Of a stretch of 32,000 nt of DNA, positions 1 to 8,024 are shown in pieces (position 1 is the stretch's first letter; the number at the start of each line of letters is the position of its first letter). Both the position numbers and the translations under genes were made by a program. Source of the DNA: Desulfobulbus propionicus DSM 2032. Lineage in GTDB: Bacteria > Desulfobacterota > Desulfobulbia > Desulfobulbales > Desulfobulbaceae. The notes under the pieces were generated by a model that had not been told where the DNA came from, made no database searches, and was given only the letters and a program-made list of their open reading frames with translations. The stretch spans positions 150,001 through 182,000 of the forward strand of contig NC_014972.1 in the NCBI RefSeq assembly GCF_000186885.1, in the 5' to 3' direction.

Positions 1-965
1 GTTGTTTTGTTCTCCGGACGTTGAAGCGTCAATTCAATTTCCTGGTTTATGTGCTCGTCCCCGAAGCTGTATCCACATGTTGCGAGAACATTTTCCTCCC
101 GTGCCCCAAGTGAACGCCGGAATAGATCAAATTGGGCTGCAAATGGATCCCTCTGAGTCGCGAGGTATTTTGTGGATTGCGGGTAAATTAGAACCCGAGA
201 AACCTTCTTTGGATAGAGATCTCCGTCGCGGACGCGCCAGACTCGGTCATCTTCTCCTAAGTGCCAGTCGATCGACCCGTGAAGTTTGATTACATGCGCA
301 CGATCTCTGAGATTTGGCTCTTCGTCGCCGTAACGATGGCTGCGATATGCGACCGCGCCGCCAGAGAAGCCGTCCCAATACGAGAAGCCTCCAAGTGAAA
401 GGGCGTCTTCGAGGAGAGTGTCATAGTTGGTGGTAAATAATCGGACCGCTCTCCGTCGTTCTGCGATTCCAGCTTGGCTTCTATTGAAGAGGGCAGAGAC
501 GAATGCTAAATGGTCATCGATAACGACAATACGGTGCCTATCCGTCCCTATTTCCTCAGAAATTCCCCCAGGCTGAGCAGGTTTGTAACCCCATCGAATG
601 GTCTCAGCAATCCATGTCAGAATTCTTTGGTGAAGACCATCAAGGTCATCCAATGATAGAGAAATAGCGTCGAAGGCGACCTTCTTGTCCTTTGAGCGGT
701 CGGCGATCGCGCGGTGATCTCCGAGCTGACTCAAGATGTGCTCGATATGCGAATCGTCAGGAAGCTGGCTCTTTACGAACTCGAGAACTTTGATGTCATT
801 CGGTTCCCCCTCGTCTTTTGCCCTCGTGAATACCCGATCGGTCAGCGGCCACATCAAAGGAATTCCAGCACCGAGGCTGATTCCTGCACCGAACAGCCAC
901 GATTGATTACTTGCTGCCAAGAGATTGTCGAGCTGGGATAGAGTGTCCTTTGTTACTGGGTCCAT
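1..965 (-). CDS. SIR2-like (SIR2_2-type) domain protein, 3' end cut off by the window edge; candidate anti-phage NADase/effector
   Basis: Manual reverse-strand translation gives 321 uninterrupted codons from ATG at 965: MDPVTKDTLSQLDNLLAASNQSWLFGAGISLGAGIP...RRRAVRLFTTNYDTLLEDALSLGGFSYWDGFSG...RAHVIKLHGSIDWHLG...RVLIYPQSTKY...VLATCGYSFGDEHINQEIE. The motifs GAGIS, TTNYD, KLHGSIDW and GYSFGDEHIN are typical of SIR2-fold proteins. GGAG lies upstream of the ATG. Not in the ORF track because it is open at the window edge. Confidence 0.85.
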   Translation of the reverse strand, partial: MDPVTKDTLSQLDNLLAASNQSWLFGAGISLGAGIPLMWPLTDRVFTRAKDEGEPNDIKVLEFVKSQLPDDSHIEHILSQLGDHRAIADRSKDKKVAFDAISLSLDDLDGLHQRILTWIAETIRWGYKPAQPGGISEEIGTDRHRIVVIDDHLAFVSALFNRSQAGIAERRRAVRLFTTNYDTLLEDALSLGGFSYWDGFSGGAVAYRSHRYGDEEPNLRDRAHVIKLHGSIDWHLGEDDRVWRVRDGDLYPKKVSRVLIYPQSTKYLATQRDPFAAQFDLFRRSLGAREENVLATCGYSFGDEHINQEIELTLQRPENKT

Positions 966-1041
966 GTGCTTTGAATCTCCTTTTTTGTTGCAGCAGAACA
1001 AATTATTGTCCGGTTTCCAGCTATCATTCAGCTTTTCTGGA

Positions 1042-1251
1042 TTATCCGTTCGTGATTGATGGATTTTGGGTTTGGCCTAACTGGACACCGGCGGCACTCT
1101 CGGTGAGCTGCCGCTTCCAGGTCGTGATCTGGGTCGGATGGACCTCGTAGTGCTGCGCCAATTCGCCGAGAGTCTTCTCACCGACAATGGCTTCCAGAGC
1201 CACCTTCGCCTTGAAGGCCGCTGAATGGTTCCGTCTCGTTCCTTTTGCCAT
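1042..1251 (-). pseudogene. IS3-family transposase OrfA remnant (N-terminal HTH), truncated
   Basis: MAKGTRRNHSAAFKAKVALEAIVGEKTLGELAQHYEVHPTQITTWKRQLTESAAGV is a typical IS3 OrfA N-terminus; similarity appears to stop near 1082 and no OrfB follows. Confidence 0.8.
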
Positions 1252-1273
1252 GTTCTGCTCCTTATTGTGCCCT

Positions 1274-3679
1274 TCACAGGGCGTTACGGGTAGCAGATTT
1301 TCCACTTAACGGCTTGTCCAATTTTCCGCAGCCACCTCTCAGGCGCAGCGCATTCATAATGACGCTGACCGAGGATAGAGACATGGCCGCCGCGGCAAAA
1401 ATCGGGCTCAGGAGTATTCCGAAAAACGGGTACAAAAGACCTGCCGCGACAGGAACACCGACCGAGTTGTACACGAAGGCGAAAAACAGGTTCTGCCGGA
1501 TATTGCGCATCGTTGCGAGAGAAAGCTGCCGCGCTTCCACAAGACCCATTAGGTCCCCTCGCAACAGCGTGATACCGGCACTTTCGATGGCGACATCGGT
1601 CCCCGTACCCATGGCCACGCCCACATCCGCCGTGGCCAGAGCCGGAGCATCGTTGACCCCGTCACCGGCCATGACCACCACGCGCCCCTCGTCCTTCAGG
1701 CGCTGAACAACCTTTCCTTTGTCTTCGGGCAAGACTTCCGCTTCAACGGCATCAATAGGCAGTTTGCGGGCAACCGCTTCCGCCGAAGTGCGGTTGTCGC
1801 CGGTGAGCATGACCACCCGGATGCCCTCTTTTTGCAGGGCGGCAAGGGCCGCTTCCGTGGTTGCCTTGACCGGATCGGCAATGGCAAGCAGGCCGCAGAC
1901 CTTGCCGTTCACTGCGGCAAAGATCACCGTGGCCCCGTCCCTTCGCAGTTCGTCGGCCGCATCCGCAAAGTCTGCCGTCTCGACTCCTTCCGCTTCCATC
2001 AACAGGCGATTGCCAAGCAGCACCCGCTGACCTTCAATGCTTCCGGTCACCCCCTTGCCGTTCGGGGAATCAAAGTCCTCGGCATCCGGTAAGGTCAGCT
2101 CCATGGCATCGGCCTTTTCGAGAATGGCGTGGGCCAGCGGGTGCTCACTGCCCTTCTCCAGGCCGCCGGCAAGCCGCATCAATTCTTCCTCGCTGAACCC
2201 CTCGGCCGGAACAAGCGTGGTGACCCGGGGCTTGCCCTCGGTCAGGGTACCGGTTTTGTCCACCACCACGGTATCCACCTTTTCCATGCGCTCCAGGGCT
2301 TCCGCGTCGCGGATGAGAACACCGCTCTGGGCGCCTCGCCCGACACCGACCATGATGGACATGGGCGTTGCCAGCCCCAACGCACACGGGCAGGCGATGA
2401 TCAGTACGCTCACCGCAGCGATCAGGCCGAAGGTCATGGCCGGTGTCGGGCCGAACAACGACCAGGCGAAAAAGGCGATGAGGGCGATCACGATCACGGC
2501 CGGCACAAAGTACCCCGCCACCTTGTCGGCCACCCCCTGGATCGGTGCGCGGCTGCGCTGGGCACTGGCCACCATCTGCACGATCTGGGACAGCATGGTG
2601 TCCTTGCCGACCTTGTCGGCCCGCATGAGAAAGCTGCCCTGCTGGTTGATGCTGCCGCCGATCACATGGTCGCCGGATTTCTTGCCGACCGCCAGGGGCT
2701 CACCGGTCACCATGGATTCATCCACATGGGAGCTGCCTTCAAGCACCTCGCCGTCCAGCGGCACCTTGTCTCCCGGGCGAACCCGCAGGCGATCGCCGAC
2801 CTTGACCTGATCCAGCGGGACATCGGCCTCGCCGCCCTGGTCATCCAGTTTCCTGGCCATCGCCGGGGCGAGGTCCAAGAGAGCCCTGATGGCGCCGGAG
2901 GTTTTCTCGCGCGCCCGCAACTCCAGCACCTGCCCAAGCAGCACCAGGACCACGATGACCGCTGCAGACTCGAAATACACGGCAACCGAACCACCGTCCT
3001 GCCGGAAGGCATCCGGGAAGACCTGCGGCGCCAGGGTGGCCACCAGGCTGTAGATCAGGGCGACACCGGTGCCGAGGGCAATCAGCGTGAACATGTTCAG
3101 ATGCCGATTGACCACGGATTTCCAGGCCCGGACAAAGAAGGGCCAACCGCACCAGAGTACGACCGGCGTCGCCAGCACCAGTTGAATCCAGTTGGACAGT
3201 TGTGGGGCCACAATGTGCCCGAGCCCGGTGAGATGGCTGCCCATTTCAAGCACCAGGACCGGCAGGGCCAGGACCAGTCCGATCCGTAATCGGCGCGTCA
3301 TGTCCTCGAGTTCCGCGGATGGCTCGTCATCCAGGCTCACCTGCTCCGGTTCCAGGGCCATGCCGCAGATGGGGCAATCACCGGGGCCCTGTTGGCGAAT
3401 TTCCGGATGCATGGGGCAGGTGTACATGGCATCCGGCGCCACCGGTTTTTCTCGCTTCTGCTCGTCACCGAGGTACTGCTCCGGGTTTGCATCGAAGCGG
3501 GACTTGCAGCCTGAGGAGCAGAAGTACCAGGTTGTGCCACCGTGCTGGCTTCTCTGTTCCGCGGTATGCGGGTCCACCGACATGCCGCAGACCGGGTCCT
3601 TGACGGCGTGTTCGCCGGAAGTTTCGTGGTCGTGATGGTCGTGATGGTTGTGGTGACCGTCGTGTCGGTGGTCAGCCAT
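1274..3679 (-). CDS. copA: Copper/silver-translocating P1B-type ATPase with His-rich N-terminus, YHS domain and heavy-metal-binding domain
   Basis: [18 protein letters not shown]; PVCGMSVDP...[11 protein letters not shown] (YHS-like); [26 protein letters not shown]; [13 protein letters not shown]; [11 protein letters not shown]; [31 protein letters not shown]. Confidence 0.95.
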   Translation of the reverse strand: MADHRHDGHHNHHDHHDHETSGEHAVKDPVCGMSVDPHTAEQRSQHGGTTWYFCSSGCKSRFDANPEQYLGDEQKREKPVAPDAMYTCPMHPEIRQQGPGDCPICGMALEPEQVSLDDEPSAELEDMTRRLRIGLVLALPVLVLEMGSHLTGLGHIVAPQLSNWIQLVLATPVVLWCGWPFFVRAWKSVVNRHLNMFTLIALGTGVALIYSLVATLAPQVFPDAFRQDGGSVAVYFESAAVIVVLVLLGQVLELRAREKTSGAIRALLDLAPAMARKLDDQGGEADVPLDQVKVGDRLRVRPGDKVPLDGEVLEGSSHVDESMVTGEPLAVGKKSGDHVIGGSINQQGSFLMRADKVGKDTMLSQIVQMVASAQRSRAPIQGVADKVAGYFVPAVIVIALIAFFAWSLFGPTPAMTFGLIAAVSVLIIACPCALGLATPMSIMVGVGRGAQSGVLIRDAEALERMEKVDTVVVDKTGTLTEGKPRVTTLVPAEGFSEEELMRLAGGLEKGSEHPLAHAILEKADAMELTLPDAEDFDSPNGKGVTGSIEGQRVLLGNRLLMEAEGVETADFADAADELRRDGATVIFAAVNGKVCGLLAIADPVKATTEAALAALQKEGIRVVMLTGDNRTSAEAVARKLPIDAVEAEVLPEDKGKVVQRLKDEGRVVVMAGDGVNDAPALATADVGVAMGTGTDVAIESAGITLLRGDLMGLVEARQLSLATMRNIRQNLFFAFVYNSVGVPVAAGLLYPFFGILLSPIFAAAAMSLSSVSVIMNALRLRGGCGKLDKPLSGKSATRNAL

Positions 3680-3905
3680 TGTGACCTCCCCTCTTGTCTG
3701 CCGGCCAGTCGGCAAAAGCGATGAAATAGAGGAGAACGAGGTTGGCAAAGGGAACCACGGCCAGCAGGCCCAGCCATCCGGGGAAACCTGTCCGCCGGCA
3801 AATACGCCAGGCAGGCACCACCACCGCGATGGCAATCACCAGCATCCACAGCCAGTGCCCGGCCCACATGGTGTTTCCATACAGCATCATGTTGTTTCGT
3901 AACAT
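3672..3905 (-). CDS. Small (77 aa) membrane protein overlapping the start of the Cu ATPase gene
   Basis: [77 protein letters not shown] has two hydrophobic segments and overlaps copA (start 3679), which suggests translational coupling. Confidence 0.65.
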   Translation of the reverse strand: MLRNNMMLYGNTMWAGHWLWMLVIAIAVVVPAWRICRRTGFPGWLGLLAVVPFANLVLLYFIAFADWPADKRGGHNG

Positions 3906-4158
3906 TGTCCTGTCCTCCATGTCTCGAATGCTCGTTCCTGGTGACGACGGACATGAGAATTCTTGTGCCCGGTTTTTGTGGCGTCTGCGGTCCAACTCAG
4001 GAACAACGGTTAGGCAATCCTGACTCCCACGAGCCCGAAAATCGGCACGCCTCCGATTTTCAGGCCTCCTGTGCAGGATACCACACCTTGGTTCATTCGG
4101 CTGCCGAGCGGATTGATCAGAAACGTTGCCTGAACCAGGAATGCCCGGAGAATCGGAA

Positions 4159-4872
4159 TTACAACTCTGCAGCCTTGGGAAAGAGGATGTTGTTCTCGAG
4201 GTGCACGTGCTTGTGCAGGTCGTCCTCGAATTCATTGAGTTTTTGATAGGTGACCATAAAGGTGTTGCAGGCATCGCTCGGGATGGCGTAGTCCTTGGCC
4301 AGCTGGCGGATGGCGTGGACAGCCTCGCCGACCTCTTCATGTTCCCGGTGCAGCCGCTCCAGGGAAGTGCGAATGGTTTCCCTATCCCCGGCCGCCGGTT
4401 CGAGGCCGGAGGCACTGGCCGCCTCCGCCCGCTTGACTGCCGGAAAGAAGACCTCCTCCTCTTCCTTGAGATGGGCGGTCAGGTCAGCGGCGATCCTGGC
4501 GAAGAGATCGGCTATCTCCAGCACCTCGGGATGGTTGGCGCCATGCACCCCGGCTATCTTGCGGGCATAGGCCGCGATCTGCTCGTCATTCTCCCGCAGA
4601 TACACGTGGTGGGTGTTGACGATGTAGTCGGCGAGAAACGAGAGCGACCAGGCGCCGTAGTTTTCACTGCGGTTGCCTGGCTCGTTCTGCACCGCTTCCA
4701 ATTCCCGCATGATGAGCGCCAGATCGAGCCCGATCTGGGCGCAGGCCGTTGCCAGCGGGATCTTGCCGCCGCAGCAGAAATCGATGCCCCTGGCTTCGAA
4801 CACCTTGGCTGTCCGGTAATCGGCGGCGACAATGGAGCCGATGGTGGCTGTTTCAATGGGTGTGGGGAGCAT
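4159..4872 (-). CDS. ytfE: Iron-sulfur cluster repair di-iron protein (RIC family, ScdA/YtfE/DnrN-like)
   Basis: MLPTPIETATIGSIVAADYRTAKVFEARGIDFCCGGKIPLATAC...YIVNTHHVYLR...HLKEEEEVFFP...LHREHEEVGEAVHAIRQLAKDYAIPSDACNTF...FEDDLHKHVHLENNILFPKA: DUF542-like Cys motif plus hemerythrin-like His/Glu motifs. Confidence 0.9.
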   Translation of the reverse strand: MLPTPIETATIGSIVAADYRTAKVFEARGIDFCCGGKIPLATACAQIGLDLALIMRELEAVQNEPGNRSENYGAWSLSFLADYIVNTHHVYLRENDEQIAAYARKIAGVHGANHPEVLEIADLFARIAADLTAHLKEEEEVFFPAVKRAEAASASGLEPAAGDRETIRTSLERLHREHEEVGEAVHAIRQLAKDYAIPSDACNTFMVTYQKLNEFEDDLHKHVHLENNILFPKAAEL

Positions 4873-5265
4873 GGTGACCTCCTGGTGCAGGTGGTGCTTG
4901 ATCGCTCGGCGATGGCGAATCAGTGGATCGCTGGTGTGATCCGCAGGTGCCGTGCGCGTGGTGGGCTGAGCGCTCAAAGAGACGCCCTATTGTTGTCTAC
5001 CACGTTGAAGGATGCGAGTCAAGGTGACCCATGGAGGCGTCATGTTCGGTCAATATACCGGAATAAAAAACATTATTCAGTTGCCCCGTAGCCTCTAGAG
5101 AGGCGGGTTCCCAGCCGCTTGGTCTTGGTTCCTTGTCATTGGGTGTGGATGTGGAGTAAGAGGGATCACTGTCCAGCGGGGTGCTGGAAGCAAGGAGGAC
5201 GAGCGAAGCCGCCTTCGAGGTATCTTTTTGATACGCTTAAAAAAAACAAAGAACGGAGTACGGAC

Positions 5266-5475
5266 ATGGAACTGAAAGAAAACCAGGCGGCCCTGATCCT
5301 CCAGGCCTCGGCCGAAGGGGAAATCACCGTGGATGTGCAGGCGCTGAACCTGCAGGGCTTTGCCAGCGCCCTGTGTCATGCGCTCGCCATGAAGCTCATG
5401 AACGACGAGCAGCTGCAGGGCGAACTGATGGACATGCTGGAGGCGGAGGAAAAGCCCGAGAAACCGGCAGACTGA
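5266..5475 (+). CDS. Conserved 69-aa acidic protein, copy A
   Basis: MELKENQAALILQASAEGEITVDVQALNLQGFASALCHALAMKLMNDEQLQGELMDMLEAEEKPEKPAD; close paralogue at 7534..7743. Confidence 0.7.
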   Translation: MELKENQAALILQASAEGEITVDVQALNLQGFASALCHALAMKLMNDEQLQGELMDMLEAEEKPEKPAD

Positions 5476-5498
5476 TTGCCCCGTTTTCTCGATAATCC

Positions 5499-5530
5499 AG
5501 CCCGGAGGCCATGATCTGACTCCGGGCTTC
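5499..5530 (+). terminator. Hairpin terminator-like structure downstream of copy A
   Basis: AGCCCGGA ... TCCGGGCT inverted repeat directly after the ORF; weak T-tract. Confidence 0.45.
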
Positions 5531-5542
5531 TCCGCGTCACCT

Positions 5543-5607
5543 TCCTCGATGCCTGGCCGGATTCCTTTGGATTCACTGGCCGCGATCGCATGGAATCCTT
5601 GACTGCC
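5543..5607. repeat. Dispersed repeat, inverted relative to the copy at 28919..28985
   Basis: cctcgatgcctggccggattcctttggattcactggccgcgatcgcatggaatcc matches the reverse complement of 28919..28985 with few mismatches. Confidence 0.6.
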
Positions 5608-5614
5608 AACGCAC

Positions 5615-5785
5615 TCAGTCGTCGGTGGGCGGCTCGAGGGGCCCCAACTCGGGATCGATTTTAGGGTAATCGCAGGCGCCTCGGGCAAACTGGAGAATCA
5701 GCCCGGACTGCTTGTGGCGCTTGAGGGCCGAGGCAACGGCGTCACGACTGGCGAGATCCTTGAAGTGGTTCGGAGTGAATACCAC
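5615..5785 (-). pseudogene. Remnant of an AbiEi/DUF6088-type antitoxin N-terminal domain gene
   Basis: Manual reverse translation gives VVFTPNHFKDLASRDAVASALKRHKQSGLILQFARGACDYPKIDPELGPLEPPTDD*, resembling the RG.VF.P.DF.DLGSR.AVD.AL.RL...G.I.R..RGLYDYP.IHP.LGPL.P pattern of DUF6088/AbiEi-like proteins. 5' end missing. Too short for the ORF track. Confidence 0.6.
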
Positions 5786-6029
5786 CCCCTGCCATGGCCC
5801 TGGATGCGACTAACTACTTTGTTATCGATATTTTTTTCGATGTTTCCATGGGGTTCCTGACACAAATAGACACACTTTTTTGTGTCAAGAATGACGCCGT
5901 GGCGACTGGTTTGCCCACTTCCTTACCCTGTGCATCAACTCAGCCAGCGAATGCCGCGAGGCAATTGCACCTTCCTGCCGATGCCGTGGAGGTGTGGCCG
6001 GAATCGTTGGCAAATTTTTTGATCAGGAA

Positions 6030-6151
6030 CCTTTGCCAGCGCTCTACGCTTCATTCGCTCGGGAAATGAAGCTCATGCACGATGCGCAACTGCAGGACGA
6101 ACTGATGGACACGCTGGAGGCGGGTGAGCAACCCGAGAAAACGGCGGAATG
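6030..6151 (+). pseudogene. Degenerate copy B of the 69-aa acidic protein gene
   Basis: ctttgccagcgctctacgcttcattcgctcgggaaatgaagctcatgcacgatgcgcaactgcaggacgaactgatggacacgctggaggcgggtgagcaacccgagaaaacggcgga aligns to the 3' halves of 5266..5475 and 7534..7743. Confidence 0.7.
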
Positions 6152-6175
6152 ATTACCCGTTGCCCCGATAATCTT

Positions 6176-6206
6176 GCCCGGAGACCAGGACTTGGCTCCG
6201 GGCTTT
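6176..6206 (+). terminator. Terminator-like hairpin after degenerate copy B
   Basis: GCCCGGAG ... CTCCGGGC followed by TTTCT; homologous to those at 5499 and 7767. Confidence 0.5.
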
Positions 6207-6300
6207 CTCCAGTGGTCGGTTGAGAAACGGCCCCTTTGATGCTGGCTGAGGTTCGCTAGTAAAGAGAGACCGTTACAGGACAGGATCTGCTGCCAACCAT

Positions 6301-6909
6301 TTAATGGGCATCACCGCCGTGATGGGCCGCCTCGCTTTTGATCAGGCCGTGCAAACCTTCCACGTAATGGGTGAAACCTACATAGGATTCGACAAACTCA
6401 CGACCTGACGCAACACTGTCTTTCGCATGTTGCTGCTTCTCGTGGGCCTGGGTGAATTTCTCACGAATGCCCTTGGCCATGGCGCCGGTCAGCACCTCAA
6501 CCAGTTTATCGACCGAGCCGCTCGCCAAGGCTTGGTCGGCCAGCGCGACGGCCGGGTCAACCGCTGTCCCCGGTTTCAGCCCGGTATAAGGCGCTCCTTC
6601 ACCGGCGCGATGGATGCGCACCAGGGTTTCAAAAAAGTACATGTCGGCCAAAGCTTTGGCCTCGGTGCTCTGCTTGCGTACTACCTGAGCCTGATCGTAC
6701 GCGGCGCGAACAACCTTTTCATCCTCAGCAGATACCCATTTGAGGATCGGGGTGATGTCGCCTTGATCCAAGGCTGTCCGTGCGTCAGCGATGACCGGTC
6801 CGTCAAGGGTATCACAATGAGCCCTGGCTTGTCCGGGCAGCGTCACCGCCCCCGCAAGCAGGAAAATGGTCGAAACCAGTGCCATTGATTTTTTTACTTG
6901 TCTGTTCAT
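6301..6909 (-). CDS. Exported DUF6448-like protein
   Basis: Signal peptide then HCDTLDGPVIADARTALDQGDITPILKWVSAEDEKVVRAAYDQ...GFTHYVEGLHGLI; recognised pattern HCDT.DGPV...A..AL..G.....LKWV...DE.. Confidence 0.7.
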   Translation of the reverse strand: MNRQVKKSMALVSTIFLLAGAVTLPGQARAHCDTLDGPVIADARTALDQGDITPILKWVSAEDEKVVRAAYDQAQVVRKQSTEAKALADMYFFETLVRIHRAGEGAPYTGLKPGTAVDPAVALADQALASGSVDKLVEVLTGAMAKGIREKFTQAHEKQQHAKDSVASGREFVESYVGFTHYVEGLHGLIKSEAAHHGGDAH

Positions 6910-6967
6910 GGGCTTTCTCCTTTGGGTGTTCTAACGCCGGTGGCCCCATGCCCCCGGTCAGCGTGAT

Positions 6968-7090
6968 GCAGCTTTTAGAAAGAGGATGTTCTCGAGGTAA
7001 ATATCCTTGTGCAGGTCGTCTTCAAGCGCAGTTAGTTGCTACTTGGTGAGGGGGGGTATAGAGACCTCCTGCTGGTGCGAAGAGTGTTCG
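6968..7090 (-). pseudogene. Remnant of a duplicated ric/ytfE gene (only terminal pieces left)
   Basis: agaaagaggatgttctcgaggtaaatatccttgtgcaggtcgtcttcaagc matches the 3' region of the ric gene near 4178..4230; gtatagagacctcctgctggtgcga matches the ric 5' end (gagcatggtgacctcctggtgcag). Confidence 0.7.
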
Positions 7091-7533
7091 ACCGCTTCGC
7101 AGTCACTACCATCAGGGCCGTTGGCAGGGCTCGGAGAGGAAAATGGTGGCCGTCTTTTCTTTGAACCAGTGGACTGTTGAATTAGCCCGCAGGTGCCGTG
7201 CGCCTTCTGAACTGAGCGCCCAGGGCAACGCTCTGTAATTGTCTACCACGTTGAAGGATACGAGTCAAGGTGACCCATGACGACACTCTGTTCAGTCAAT
7301 ATTGCGGAATAATGAATATTGTTGGCTGTTCCCAGTGTCTCTGGATGGCCGGGTTCCCAGCCTCATTTGCTTGGTTCCTTGTCATCGGGAGTGGATATCG
7401 GGAGAGGATACGGTGTACGAGAGATCGCTGTCCAACGTGGTGCTGGCGACGAGGGCTGGACGAGAGAAGTGGCTTTGAAGTTATCTCGTTGATAAATGTA
7501 TAAAAAAAACAAAAATTGAAGCAGAGCGCAGAC

Positions 7534-7743
7534 ATGGATCTGAAAGAAAACCAGGCAGCCCTGATCCTCGAGGCCTCGTCCGATGGGGAAGTCACCGTGG
7601 ATGTGCAGGCGCAGAACCTGCAGGGCTTTGCAATCGCCCTGTGTCATGCGCTCGCCATTAAGCTCGTGAACGACGAGCAGCTGCAGGGCGAACTCATGGC
7701 CATGGTGGAAGCGGGAGAGCAACCCGAGAAACCGGCGGAGTAA
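7534..7743 (+). CDS. Conserved 69-aa acidic protein, copy C
   Basis: MDLKENQAALILEASSDGEVTVDVQAQNLQGFAIALCHALAIKLVNDEQLQGELMAMVEAGEQPEKPAE; same length and architecture as copy A. Confidence 0.7.
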   Translation: MDLKENQAALILEASSDGEVTVDVQAQNLQGFAIALCHALAIKLVNDEQLQGELMAMVEAGEQPEKPAE

Positions 7744-7766
7744 TTGCCCGTTGACCCGATCATCCT

Positions 7767-7801
7767 GCCTGGAGACCATGACTTGGCTCCGGGCTTTTTT
7801 T
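7767..7801 (+). terminator. Rho-independent terminator-like hairpin
   Basis: GCCTGGAG accatgacttgg CTCCGGGC followed by TTTTTTT. Confidence 0.7.
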
Positions 7802-8024
7802 GTGGCAGCGGAGCGGTTGGCGATGGGGGGCTGGGGGATTCCCCTAGTAAGCGACCCGAGGGAGCATCGGCCAAGCGGGGTGTGGGTGAGGATCAAAGGA
7901 CGAAGAGCTAAGGTCGGTGTGACGGGTGCTCCCCGGAATCTCCTCTTCTCGGCCGTAGTTGAGACCGCTTTGGCGGTGGCGGCGAGGCCGTGGTGCGAGC
8001 GAGATCGCAGCGGAAGGCGCAGTT

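Noticed and set aside
2-941. Plus-strand ORFs 2..289 and 714..941
   Set aside because: They overlap the SIR2-like minus-strand gene, which has convincing motifs.
2129-3289. 386-aa plus-strand ORF antisense to copA
   Set aside because: The opposite strand carries all P-type ATPase motifs; no independent evidence for this frame.
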